Positions 30,002-39,800 are shown, counted from the first letter of the stretch. The stretch: 64,000 bases of DNA from Planctomycetaceae bacterium (GCA_011523305.1 WTHB01000147.1:35-64034); one strand, 5' to 3'. Numbers and translations: made by a program. The notes: generated by a model from the letters alone, not told the origin.

Positions 30002-30715
30002 TTACTCCCCCAGCCCCAGGTCCATTCTCCGTTTTTCAAGCTGCTCGGTGCCCCCCTCGACCACATAGCCCGCTGATTCAAGCGCAATTCGCAGGTCAGC
30101 CTCGGCCATGAGGGCATCCTCCTGACAGAAAAACGTCTGCGTGAACTCCTCGGGCACGAGGTCAAAGCGGGGACGAACGAACCGCCGATGGCAGGTCTGG
30201 CTGTGGAGCCGCTGGCCACGAACCGTGCGATGCCCTTCCCGGTGCTGGCGGATGCGGTCCTCAAGCAGCTGGCTCGTCTGGCCCACGTAGAGGTGGCCAA
30301 CCACGGACAAGGACGAGACACCCTCAGAGGGCGGACTCAGTTCAATCACGTAGAGGTGCCAGACTGACAAATCGCCATTCACCGTGTATCCGTCACAGCG
30401 GAGTCGCTGCCGCAATCGCTTTTCGGCTGCCTTGATCGTGTCCCGTTGACTGGGACTGAGAAATGGCTGATCCCGTCCGCCTGGCTGACCCGCCGCTGGC
30501 ATCGCCTCATAAACCACATTGACCACCCGCATCCGTTTCGCCCGCCGCGAGGTCTTCACCCAGCGGTCCAGATCGAGGCCCGGACGGGTTGGCAACGACT
30601 TGACCACCACCCGCGGTCGCTCAGGATGCCGCCGGGGCCCCACTAGGTCACAGGTCTTCAGGACACAGAGCCAGACCCGCCGGCTCTCAGTTGGCAGAGA
30701 TCGTTGTCGAGCCAT
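30002..30715 (-). CDS. GIY-YIG-like nuclease-fold protein with an internal duplication
   Basis: C-half LYVIEL...LYVGQT...RIRQH...AEADL...GYVVEGG; N-half has a degenerate parallel ending AEKRL...GYTVNG. Confidence 0.65.
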   Translation of the reverse strand: MARQRSLPTESRRVWLCVLKTCDLVGPRRHPERPRVVVKSLPTRPGLDLDRWVKTSRRAKRMRVVNVVYEAMPAAGQPGGRDQPFLSPSQRDTIKAAEKRLRQRLRCDGYTVNGDLSVWHLYVIELSPPSEGVSSLSVVGHLYVGQTSQLLEDRIRQHREGHRTVRGQRLHSQTCHRRFVRPRFDLVPEEFTQTFFCQEDALMAEADLRIALESAGYVVEGGTEQLEKRRMDLGLGE

Positions 30716-30796
30716 CAGGTACCATTTCCAGAGTGCTGTCCCCCGTGACACGCCCCACCGCTGCGGTGGTCCGGCCCTCGCAAAACAGTCGGTCCC

Positions 30797-31570
30797 ATGT
30801 CGTATCTCATCATCTGTATCGTTTCCCTCGCAGCCTCAGGCCTGACTTTTTTCTCGGGGTTTGGCCTGGGGACCCTCCTCCTGCCCGCCTTTGCCCTGTT
30901 TGTACCGGTCGAGCAGGCAATCGCCCTGACCGCCATCGTTCACTTTCTCAACAGTCTTTATAAGGTGCTGCTCGTCGGCCGGCTCGTCGACCGACGGGTG
31001 CTGCTTTGGTTCGGTCTTCCGGCGATCGCCGCTGCGGTATTCGGTGCCTGGGTGCTGGGGCAACTGGCGGCTGTACCCCCACTTGCCGAATACACGCTCT
31101 GGGGAAGACACTGCGTCGTCACGCCGGTGAACCTGGCGATTGGCCTGCTTCTGTGTGTCTTTGCGCTGCTCGAAATCGTCCCCGCCACCAGTAGCCTCAG
31201 CTTTGCCCCCCGGTGGATGACACTTGGTGGCGTGGCCAGTGGTTTTTTCGGAGGCCTCTCCGGCATGCAGGGCGCCCTGCGGTCAGCCTTCCTCATTCGG
31301 GCTGGGCTCTCGAAAGAAGCATTCGTGGCCACGGGGGCCGCAATCGCCTGCCTGGTCGACCTGTCTCGGCTGAGCATCTATGCCACCCGGCTCTCCGCAG
31401 TCGCCGACAGCCTCGATCTCCCACTGCTTGCCTGCGCTGTCGGTGCAGCCTTCGTCGGTGCGACTCTTGGCCGCCTGGTTCTTGCCAAGGTGAAACTGGT
31501 AGCCGTGCAGCGCATCGTCGCCGCCATGATGCTCGTGGTTGCCGTCTATCTCATCGTCGGGCTCCGCTGA
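30797..31570 (+). CDS. Sulfite exporter TauE/SafE family membrane protein
   Basis: SGFGLGTLLLP and SGFFGGLSGMQGALR half-repeats; about 8 TM segments. Confidence 0.85.
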   Translation: MSYLIICIVSLAASGLTFFSGFGLGTLLLPAFALFVPVEQAIALTAIVHFLNSLYKVLLVGRLVDRRVLLWFGLPAIAAAVFGAWVLGQLAAVPPLAEYTLWGRHCVVTPVNLAIGLLLCVFALLEIVPATSSLSFAPRWMTLGGVASGFFGGLSGMQGALRSAFLIRAGLSKEAFVATGAAIACLVDLSRLSIYATRLSAVADSLDLPLLACAVGAAFVGATLGRLVLAKVKLVAVQRIVAAMMLVVAVYLIVGLR

Positions 31571-31730
31571 CACGGGACTGCTGCCGGAGGCACCGCCCTA
31601 CGACACCACCCGGCTTGGTTGCCTGGCTTCAATCTCCTCACCTACCTTGCACCGATCACCAGCCATATCAGGGACCAGCCCGCTACTGATCCCATTCCTT
31701 CAATCTTTTTTCTCTCATCGGATTCCCCTC

Positions 31731-32165
31731 ATGCTCTGCCGCCTTATTTACCGCAGCACGGTTGTTCCACCGTTTGACTTTGACGACCTCCGGTCGATCC
31801 TGGCTGCGAGCGAACGCAATAACCCTCCGCAGGGCATCACCGGCGTCCTGATGACGGCTTCCATGCAATTTTTGCAGGTCATGGAGGGCCCCAGCGACAA
31901 CATCAACGAACTCTACCGGACCCTCCAACGGGACACCGGGCATGAACACCTCCGTCTGGTCGAATTCACTGCCATCCAGCAGCGGCTATTTGATGGCTGG
32001 GCCATGCGTGGCGTTCACCGGCGGCTGATGAGTGATGAGCTGACCACTTTCCTTACCAAGAAGTACGGCTCCGATGAATCGGGACACCTTACCCTTCCCA
32101 GCACTGCCTTCCTGGCAACGAGCCTCCTTTTTGATGTTGCCAACACCGACATCATCGGCACCTAA
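31731..32165 (+). CDS. Stand-alone BLUF blue-light sensor protein
   Basis: LIYRS (Tyr), RNN..GITGVL, FLQVMEG (Gln), DTGH, RLFDGWAM (Trp/Met); short helical C-terminal cap, no output domain. Confidence 0.9.
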   Translation: MLCRLIYRSTVVPPFDFDDLRSILAASERNNPPQGITGVLMTASMQFLQVMEGPSDNINELYRTLQRDTGHEHLRLVEFTAIQQRLFDGWAMRGVHRRLMSDELTTFLTKKYGSDESGHLTLPSTAFLATSLLFDVANTDIIGT

Positions 32166-32187
32166 AGGCTTCGCCTGATGCCTCCAG

Positions 32188-32967
32188 TTAGGTTGGCTGC
32201 TCGGTCGGACGCATTAGAATGTCGTGGACCTGCACATGCGGCGGGCATGACAGCATGTAGACGACTGCCTCGGCTACGTCAGCAGCCTCCAGCACCTTGA
32301 AGCGGGAGTAAATCTCCTGTGCCTGGTCCTCTGATTTCATGTAGTGGGCAGCAAAGCCGGTCTCAACAAACCCCGGGCAGATTTCTCCCACACGAATCGG
32401 GTCGCTGGCCTCGCGGAGTTCCATCCGCAGTGATTCAGTCAGTGCCCGCACCGCATGCTTTGTCGCCGCATACAGTCCTGCCCCCGCCGGCACCCGCTGC
32501 CCCGCCATTGAGCCGATGTGAATGATCTGCCCTCGCCCCCCTCGGGCCCGCATGTCAGCCAGCGCCTCCCGCGTACAGATACAAAGCCCGAGCACGTTGA
32601 CCTCAAGCATTTCCTGCCACTCGGCCACCGTGCCCTCGGCGAGTAACGCAGCATGGCCGAGGCCCGCGTTGTTGATCAGAACATCGACCCCACCAAACCG
32701 CTCCCGAGCCGCCGCAAACGCAGCCTGCACAGATTCTTCATCGCGGACATCACACCGAACCGCCAGTGACTGCTCGCCAAGTGGATCACTCGCAGCCAGC
32801 ACCTCAGTCACCCGGTCCCGCCGGCGGGCACAGGCCACCACCCGCATGCCCTCGGCGAGTAAGCGACTGACAATCGCAGCCCCGATGCCACTGCTGGCAC
32901 CGGTGACCAGAGCCGTCTGTCCGCTCCACTGCTGCACTCCATGGTCCGTCGAGGAAACTGTCGTCAT
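32188..32967 (-). CDS. Short-chain dehydrogenase/reductase (DHRS11/YdfG-like)
   Basis: TGASSGIG, NNAG, YAATK, C-terminal DILMRPTEQ. Confidence 0.9.
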   Translation of the reverse strand: MTTVSSTDHGVQQWSGQTALVTGASSGIGAAIVSRLLAEGMRVVACARRRDRVTEVLAASDPLGEQSLAVRCDVRDEESVQAAFAAARERFGGVDVLINNAGLGHAALLAEGTVAEWQEMLEVNVLGLCICTREALADMRARGGRGQIIHIGSMAGQRVPAGAGLYAATKHAVRALTESLRMELREASDPIRVGEICPGFVETGFAAHYMKSEDQAQEIYSRFKVLEAADVAEAVVYMLSCPPHVQVHDILMRPTEQPT

Positions 32968-33077
32968 GCCTGCTCTTCTTCCTGTGTGCTATCGTGTCCT
33001 CATGCGCAGCTGCGCACCGCCCTCCCACCTTACCATGGTGCTACCCAGTCCAGTCACCGTCCCAGGGCCTGACCTTT

Positions 33078-35750
33078 ATGCATTCACCAGCAGCTTCCTC
33101 GTCACCCGAGAGCGAGCAGACCATTTTTGTGACCGGGGCCACCGGCTACGTCGGCGGCCGGCTTGTCCCCGCCCTGCTTGAAGCAGGCTTCCGTGTTCGC
33201 TGCCTCGTCCGGGAACCCCGCAAACTCGACGCCCGGCCGTGGCGGCAGCACCCCCACCTGGAAGTCGTGGCAGCCGACCTCGAGGATCGTGAAGCAGTCA
33301 CCAGAGGGCTCACTGGCTGCGCTGCGGCCTACTATTTGGTTCACTCCATGGTGGCCACTGGCGGAACCTATGCCGACCGTGACCGCGAACTCGCCCGGAG
33401 TTTCGCGAATGCTGCCCGGGCTGCCAGCCTGCCCCGCATCATCTACCTCGGCGGCCTCGGTGAGATGGGGGCTGATTTGAGTGAACATCTCCGGTCCCGT
33501 CGCCAGGTTGAAGAAGAACTGGCCTCATCCGGGGTGCCGGTGACGACCTTTCGCGCGGCGATGATCATCGGCTCAGGCTCGGCCTCCTTCGAGATTCTCC
33601 GCTACCTCGTCGAGCGTCTGCCGATCATGGTGACTCCCAAATGGGTTGCCACCGAATGCCAGCCGGTCGCGATCGCCGACGTGCTCCACTGGCTGGTCCG
33701 CTGCCTGAGCGTGCCGGAGACGACTGGGAAGACGCTCGAAATTGGTGGGGCCGACGCCCTGGTCTATCGCGACCTGATGCAGGTGATGGCTGAAGAACTC
33801 GGCCTCCGGCAACGCATCATCATGCCGGTACCGGTCCTGACACCCCGGTTGAGTTCCCTTTGGATTAATCTCGTTACGCCCGTCTCGTACCGAATTGCCC
33901 GCCCCCTCGCAGAAGGCCTAAAAAATCGAGTCGTGGTTACCGACGGCACCACCCAGAAGCTCATGCCACACCAACCACTCGGAGCACGTGAAGCAATTCA
34001 TCGCGCGCTTACCAAGATCGAACAGCATGCCGTTGAGACGCGGTGGAGCGTGGCTGGCCCCGTACCAGGCGATCCTTCATGGGCCGGTGGGACGGTCTTC
34101 AAGGACCAACGGACGGTCGACATCGAAGCGAGTCCAGCGAATGTTTATGCCGCAGTCTGCCGCATCGGTGGTGGCAATGGCTGGTACGCCGGTGATGTTC
34201 TCTGGCGGCTCCGAGGATGGCTTGACACGCTTGCCGGCGGCCCTGGATTGCGTCGCGGCAGACGCCATCCGGAACAGGTCGAATTTGGCGAGACGCTCGA
34301 TTTCTGGCGGGTGGTCGGAATTGACCGTGATCGTGCCCTTTCTCTTCGAGCCGAGATGAAGTTGCCGGGCGAGGCACAGCTTGATTTCCAAATTGAACCG
34401 ATTGCCACCGAACGAAAGCCACCACTCACGCGGCTCGTGATGACCGCCCGTTTTCGTCCCCGTGGACTTGCTGGGCTTCTCTACTGGTATGCCGTCGTGC
34501 CTCTTCATGAGGTGGTTTTTGGGGGCATGCTGCGGGGCATTCGCAAAACAGCTGAGATTCTTCATCGCGCAGGGGCAGTCACCCCCGGACCATCCTCTGC
34601 TGAAAAAGAACTTCCCGGCTACGGACGAGCTCGGCTCTGGCTTGGCATCAGTGGCGTTGGCAGTCTCGTCACCCTCTCAACAGCAGGTCTCATCCTCCAG
34701 CTCCCGCAGCGACTTCTTCCCGCCACGGAAAACACGCTCGGGCAGGAGGCCATGATCCTCGCCAGCTTCTTCGCCGCCTACGCCCTCTTCCACGTGCCGT
34801 TTGACTACTTTGGTGGCTATCTTTTGCCGCGTCTTTATCGCCGCCAACACCCTTCACGAACAGCGTTTTTCCTCAGCATGGCTCGTGGCGCAGGCATCCA
34901 CGCCGCTCTCCTGTGGGGCATAGGCATCTGTCTGCTCGCAGCGGCTCGGACTGCTGGCGTTGTCGGCGTCATTGCAGCAACGGCCGGGATCACCCTCATG
35001 CTGCTCCGCACGAGAATCACTCTGGCCCGAGCAATCGCTCATCTGGAACTCACTCCGAGTTCACCTATTCTTCAAGAAAGCCCCGACCTACCGAACCTCC
35101 CGACGTACATAGCAGAGACAAAGGACGAAGGCTTCACGGGGGCAGTGTCTGGCGTCCTCTCTCCACGAATTCAAATAATTCCCATTCGCTGGCAGGAGAT
35201 CCTCGACAACACTGCTCTTTCGGTGGCGGTGCAACGAAGACAGATGGCCATTCAAACTGGCAGCTGGTGGCGAGGCCGCGTTCTCGCCATATTGTTTTCG
35301 TTGACGGGAACTGCTTGTGTCGCAAATCTCATCGGAGCCACTCGGCTCGCAACCGCTGAGGGCATTATTACCCTCAGTCTCGGCTTCACGATCTGGTCAT
35401 TCCTGGGTCTCTTGACCCTCCCAACGGTAAGCCGCCGTGGGGTCGCCGAGGTTGATCAAGCGCTTCTGAAAACCGGCTGCGGCCGTGAAACCCTGGAACG
35501 CACGATCGAATCGCTCGACCTCTTACAAGACCGCGAACGACAACGGCTGCCGGTGATCGAAACAATCTTCCACCCGATACCAAGCGTTGAGTCGCGTCTG
35601 CGGGGTCCTCATGCGACTGGCATCAAGGGCACCTGGGACGCTGCCCGAACAACCGTATTCCTCAGCGCTGCCGGCCTCAGCCTGCTCGGAAGGGCCGTCC
35701 ACTGCAATTGCGGAAGACCGGCGTTGTGGGTTTTTCTTCCGATTGACTGA
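33078..35750 (+). CDS. YbjT-like NAD(P)-binding + DUF2867 protein fused to a C-terminal multi-TM domain
   Basis: VTGATGYVGG, YYLVHSM, SEHLRSR, GSGSASFE; DUF2867 IGGGNGWY...LWRLRGWLD...LDFWRV...AEMKLPG; from about 34620 a TM domain ending GRAVHCNCGRPALWVFLPID. Confidence 0.85.
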   Translation: MHSPAASSSPESEQTIFVTGATGYVGGRLVPALLEAGFRVRCLVREPRKLDARPWRQHPHLEVVAADLEDREAVTRGLTGCAAAYYLVHSMVATGGTYADRDRELARSFANAARAASLPRIIYLGGLGEMGADLSEHLRSRRQVEEELASSGVPVTTFRAAMIIGSGSASFEILRYLVERLPIMVTPKWVATECQPVAIADVLHWLVRCLSVPETTGKTLEIGGADALVYRDLMQVMAEELGLRQRIIMPVPVLTPRLSSLWINLVTPVSYRIARPLAEGLKNRVVVTDGTTQKLMPHQPLGAREAIHRALTKIEQHAVETRWSVAGPVPGDPSWAGGTVFKDQRTVDIEASPANVYAAVCRIGGGNGWYAGDVLWRLRGWLDTLAGGPGLRRGRRHPEQVEFGETLDFWRVVGIDRDRALSLRAEMKLPGEAQLDFQIEPIATERKPPLTRLVMTARFRPRGLAGLLYWYAVVPLHEVVFGGMLRGIRKTAEILHRAGAVTPGPSSAEKELPGYGRARLWLGISGVGSLVTLSTAGLILQLPQRLLPATENTLGQEAMILASFFAAYALFHVPFDYFGGYLLPRLYRRQHPSRTAFFLSMARGAGIHAALLWGIGICLLAAARTAGVVGVIAATAGITLMLLRTRITLARAIAHLELTPSSPILQESPDLPNLPTYIAETKDEGFTGAVSGVLSPRIQIIPIRWQEILDNTALSVAVQRRQMAIQTGSWWRGRVLAILFSLTGTACVANLIGATRLATAEGIITLSLGFTIWSFLGLLTLPTVSRRGVAEVDQALLKTGCGRETLERTIESLDLLQDRERQRLPVIETIFHPIPSVESRLRGPHATGIKGTWDAARTTVFLSAAGLSLLGRAVHCNCGRPALWVFLPID

Positions 35751-35761
35751 TCAACCAGCGG

Positions 35762-36535
35762 CTAGTCACGGCTGTTGAGTTTGGCGAGCAGCCGGAGAAT
35801 CTCGAGGTAGAGCCAGACCAGTGTCACCATCAGGGCGAAGGCCCCGTACCACTCCAGATACTTCGGGGCACCCCGCTCCGCAGCGTTCTCGATGAAGTCA
35901 AAGTCGAGCACCAGATTGAGCGCGGCGATGACCACCACCACCAGACTGAAGCCGATGCCGATCGGACCGGCACCATGGATGAAGGGAATCTGGAACCCGA
36001 AGAAGCTGCCGAGCATCGACACCAGATAGACCAGGCAGATCCCGCCTGTAGCGGCCACAATCCCGAGTTTGAAGTTCTCTGTCGCCCGGATCAGGCCTGA
36101 CTGATAGGCCAGCAACAGCGCCGCCAGCGTCCCAAAGGTGCCACCCACTGCCTGAATGACGATGCCCGGGTACTGCGCCTCGAAACTGGCTGAGACGCCC
36201 CCGAGAAACAAGCCCTCGGCCAAGGCGTAAACGGGTGCGAGCATTGGCGCCCAGGTCTGCTTGAAACAGATCACCAGCGCTGTGATGGCCCCGACAATCA
36301 AGCCGCCGAACACCCAGGGCATCGCTGCGGCAGCATCACCCTCCATCGCGGAGGCTGTTCGCGACCAGGTGAAGCAGGCCGAGCAGAAGGCAAGCCCCAG
36401 CAGGAACATCGTCTTGGTCGCCGTGCCGTTCACCGTCATCGTGGTGACTGGCGCATCCTCGGCTGCCAGATCGCGGCGCTGGAGGCCAAAGGTTTCAAAG
36501 GTGCGGGCGTTGAGAACCGGGTTGCCACTCCGCAT
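35762..36535 (-). CDS. Bax inhibitor-1/YccA family membrane protein
   Basis: MRSGNPVL, MTVNGT..KT, NLVLDFDFIE, LVWLYLEILRLL. Confidence 0.92.
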   Translation of the reverse strand: MRSGNPVLNARTFETFGLQRRDLAAEDAPVTTMTVNGTATKTMFLLGLAFCSACFTWSRTASAMEGDAAAAMPWVFGGLIVGAITALVICFKQTWAPMLAPVYALAEGLFLGGVSASFEAQYPGIVIQAVGGTFGTLAALLLAYQSGLIRATENFKLGIVAATGGICLVYLVSMLGSFFGFQIPFIHGAGPIGIGFSLVVVVIAALNLVLDFDFIENAAERGAPKYLEWYGAFALMVTLVWLYLEILRLLAKLNSRD

Positions 36536-36690
36536 GAGTGCGTTGCCTTTCTTCGCGAGCGAAACATTTCAAGATGCGATACGCATCGACTGGGGAAGCA
36601 CTGGGACTCACCCCAACCGCCTCACAAGCGGGTCCCCATCATCATAGACAGCCAAGCGGAGCCCCGTCGGCGCCAATTCCACGGGCCCGG

Positions 36691-37803
36691 CTAGGATTCG
36701 CGGCGAACCTCGGTGCGAGCCTCGGACCAGTTCCGACCAGCGGCCGCGTCGGCGATGCAGAGCAGGTGCAGGATCACACCAGGAATCACAAACCGATAGC
36801 CGGCCGCGACCACACAGAACCAAATAACACCGGCGAGATACTGCTTTTTGTACACCTGGCCAAGCCCCGGGCAGACGCTGAGGGCACCGGCAGCCGGACG
36901 GCTCCAGAGTTTGATGGAAGGCTCGCGGATCACAACCATCCCTCGCAGCGAGTCATGCTCGTAGCGGGTCACGGTGCCGGCCTGCAGCGGGCCAGCCGGT
37001 TGTGTCTCCGTCGCATCTGCCTCCGTTTCCGAACCGCGACCCTGCCGCCTCAACGCAGCCTCTCGCAGGGCCACATCCTGCTGAGCTTGCGACCGCTGCC
37101 GAGCGGCCCGAAAAAGGTCAACACCCTGGAGCAGGCCGTGGCCCACCGCCATGCCCAGTAACCGTCCGAGCCGGCCGATTTCTGGCGCGAGACAGACGAA
37201 GAGCAGCGGACCACCAAACGCCAACAAGGCGGTCGCCAGCGGCGTCGGCCGCACCAGCATGAAGATGCCGCCAAGCGCAGCCAAGAGAAGCCCGCCGAGG
37301 GCAAACAGATAGCGTGGCGGAAGCGTCTCCAGGCTCAACTGCACTTCAGCCGACTCACCTGGCACCGGCTCCTCGGCTGTCACCACCCGCTCTTCCGCGC
37401 CAGTCGCTGCAACGTGGTCAACCGATAACTCTGGATCTGTGAGCGTCTGAGCAAGTGTCGGGAATCGCCCTCCTTCGGCCTGCTCAATCTGGCCTCCCTG
37501 CTGGTGAACTTGCGCTCGACGCCGGCGGATGCCGGCCAGCCCAACCAACGCCTGATCCACCTTGCGAACAACCCTCCGCAGGCGACTGCCAGCAAACAAC
37601 TCCGGGCCATCACCAGCCGGGATCCAGCCTGGCAAGTCGTGATGCCAGATGAGGTCGTCCGTGGCCAGCCAGCCTTTCTGTGCCAACTTCCGCAGCCGGT
37701 CCAATGAGACCGGTCCTTGTCGGCCCCCTTGGTGGCCAGTCCGAGCATAGAACCAGCCATCTCGGGGAACTGCCGCACCGGTCTTGCTCATAAGCCGCCC
37801 CAT
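36691..37803 (-). CDS. GYF_2 (DUF4339) domain membrane protein
   Basis: WFY...QGPVSLDRLRKLA..G.L...DLIWHHDLPGWIPA; TM segments; C-terminal PGLGQVY TM hairpin. Confidence 0.75.
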   Translation of the reverse strand: MGRLMSKTGAAVPRDGWFYARTGHQGGRQGPVSLDRLRKLAQKGWLATDDLIWHHDLPGWIPAGDGPELFAGSRLRRVVRKVDQALVGLAGIRRRRAQVHQQGGQIEQAEGGRFPTLAQTLTDPELSVDHVAATGAEERVVTAEEPVPGESAEVQLSLETLPPRYLFALGGLLLAALGGIFMLVRPTPLATALLAFGGPLLFVCLAPEIGRLGRLLGMAVGHGLLQGVDLFRAARQRSQAQQDVALREAALRRQGRGSETEADATETQPAGPLQAGTVTRYEHDSLRGMVVIREPSIKLWSRPAAGALSVCPGLGQVYKKQYLAGVIWFCVVAAGYRFVIPGVILHLLCIADAAAGRNWSEARTEVRRES

Positions 37804-37996
37804 GAGAGTTGCTCCTCACCAGCCGTATCGCCTGCGTGTGGGCCTGCTTCCACTGGAGCGGCCGAGCCGCCATTGCCGCTGACGGCAGCAGGAAACGGGC
37901 GGCTTTCCCAGGACGCGAATGATAGAATAGCAATGGCCGGGCTTTTCCGGAGCGCGCTAGCCAAGGCAGTTCAGCGGCTTTCTCAGAGGATCACCG

Positions 37997-38299
37997 ATGC
38001 CCACTTACGTCTACGAAGTGATCGAGCCTGACGGCAGTGGCGGGGAGCGGTTTGAAGTGGTCCAGCCGATGTCGGCCGACCCCCTCGACGCGCACCCGCT
38101 CACCGGCAAGCCAATTCGGCGGGTGATCACTGGCTTCAATGTCGCCGGCAAGTGGTCCGACGTCGGCATGCAGGGCAAACTGTCCGACAAACATCTCGAC
38201 CGGATCGGGTTCACCAAATACGTCCGCGCCGGAGACGGCCACTACGAGAAAACGGCCGGGAGCGGCCCCGACCTGATCTCGGGGAACGGCCCCGACTGA
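37997..38299 (+). CDS. FmdB-family zinc-ribbon-like small protein (cysteine-less variant)
   Basis: MPTYVYE...RFEVVQPMSADPL..HP.TGKPIRRVI. Confidence 0.75.
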   Translation: MPTYVYEVIEPDGSGGERFEVVQPMSADPLDAHPLTGKPIRRVITGFNVAGKWSDVGMQGKLSDKHLDRIGFTKYVRAGDGHYEKTAGSGPDLISGNGPD

Positions 38300-38319
38300 C
38301 CGAAGCGCTGGGCACCCAC

Positions 38320-38781
38320 CTAGGTCAGTTCAAAAATTGCCTCAATCTCAACGGCCACTCCGGCCGGCAGGGACGCCACTCCAAAGGCGCTGCGGGTGCC
38401 GACACCGCGATCGGTTCCCCAGACCTCAGCGTAGAGTTCACTGCAGCCATTGATTACCGCGGGCTGCTGCGTGAAGTCGGCTGGGGCGTTGACCATGCCG
38501 AGCAGTTTGATCACGCGGCCGATGCGGTCAAGGCTGCCAAGTTCATTGGCGAGGGTGACCAGGCTGGCAAGTCCAGCCCGTCGAGCAGCCGCCTTGCCCT
38601 CTTCAACGCTGAGGTCATCTCCGACTCTACCGGTCACCAGACTGCCGTCGGGAAGCAGGGGCAGATGCCCCGAGATGAAGACCTGACTCCCCACAATTAG
38701 ACAGGGCTTATAGAGCCCAGCCGGTTTGGCCACTGGAGGCAGCTCATCGGCGAGTGATTCAAAGGTGCGTTGGGCAGACAT
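38320..38781 (-). CDS. RidA/YjgF family protein
   Basis: ISGHLP, VIKLLGMVN, VINGCSEL, TRSAFGVASLP, VEIEAIFE; start MSAQ (38781). Confidence 0.9.
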   Translation of the reverse strand: MSAQRTFESLADELPPVAKPAGLYKPCLIVGSQVFISGHLPLLPDGSLVTGRVGDDLSVEEGKAAARRAGLASLVTLANELGSLDRIGRVIKLLGMVNAPADFTQQPAVINGCSELYAEVWGTDRGVGTRSAFGVASLPAGVAVEIEAIFELT

Positions 38782-39002
38782 GGAGGCTTTCCCTCGGGAC
38801 GAGAAACATTTCCGACGTGCAGACTGGATCAACCTGAGATCATACCCGGTGCTGTCAGGTTTTCACCATCACGGGAGACCGCGGTGCAGAACCAGCGGCG
38901 GTGGATGGGTTGATGGTATGCTCAACGCGTTCGGGTCGTGCCACGGGAGTTGGCACAACCAGTCGACTCGTCCATCGTGTCCAGCCAGCCTCGGAATGCT
39001 TC

Positions 39003-39572
39003 ATGAACAACTCCACCCTGACCGGCCGCCCGCACCTCCCGACGACCACCAAACTGCTCGGGCTTACCCGCTGGTTCAGCATTGTCACGGTCATCTCCTC
39101 ACTGGTCGGCGCCTTGCTGATGTTTGTCATCGGTGCCGCCAATACCGCCGAGGCCGTCTATCGATATTTCGCGGTTCAGATCGATCCCGTTTCAGGGGTC
39201 GCGGCCAACCCGCGGCCAGCGGCCAACCTGCTGCTGCTGGAGTCTCTCGACAACGGGCTGACCGGGCTCACCTTCTTGTACTTCGCCTACGGCATCTATG
39301 CCCTGTTTCTGACCAGTTCCCAGACCATGGCCGAGGCCCCCCGCTGGCTCAAGGTTGACAACATCGCCACCCTGAAAAAGACCCTGCTGGAAGTGGTGGC
39401 GGTGCTGCTGGCCGTGATGTTCGTGCGTACCCTGGCTGAAAAAATGCTGACGGCTGGACCCCGCTGGGAAATGCTGATCATGCCGGCCGGCGTCGTGGCG
39501 ATCGCGATTGCCAGCCGGCTGATGTTTGTGCACGGAGCCGCCCCGGCTGCGGCGGACCACGACACCCCCTAA
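39003..39572 (+). CDS. YqhA/UPF0114 family membrane protein
   Basis: Four TM segments, LESLD...FAYGIYALF, PRWLKVDNIATLKKTL. Confidence 0.75.
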   Translation: MNNSTLTGRPHLPTTTKLLGLTRWFSIVTVISSLVGALLMFVIGAANTAEAVYRYFAVQIDPVSGVAANPRPAANLLLLESLDNGLTGLTFLYFAYGIYALFLTSSQTMAEAPRWLKVDNIATLKKTLLEVVAVLLAVMFVRTLAEKMLTAGPRWEMLIMPAGVVAIAIASRLMFVHGAAPAAADHDTP

Positions 39573-39605
39573 CGCACGGCTGCCGTCCTTCCGGGCAGGC
39601 CTTAG

Positions 39606-39644
39606 AAAAAAGAAAGCCCACCCCGGATGCCGGGATGGGCTTTC
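39606..39644 (-). terminator. Strong intrinsic terminator (possibly bidirectional)
   Basis: Minus strand GAAAGCCCATCCCGG-CAT-CCGGGGTGGGCTTTC (15-bp stem with one G.U) followed by TTTTTT. Confidence 0.85.
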
Positions 39645-39800
39645 GAGTTCACGCCAGGGCCTGAGTACCACCCGCCAGAAGGTTCGACAGGTACGGGCCA
39701 TTGCCCTACAGCGGCGTGTTGGCACTTCACCAAGAAGACTTTTTCGTCTTCGGCACGCTGGCGGAAAAAATTCAGTCAGCCAGCACCCACGATGGCACTG
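39606..39800 (-). ncRNA. Candidate structured non-coding RNA downstream of rnc (family not identified)
   Basis: ~170 nt between rnc stop and terminator, no convincing ORF, several nested helices (see findings). Confidence 0.4.
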
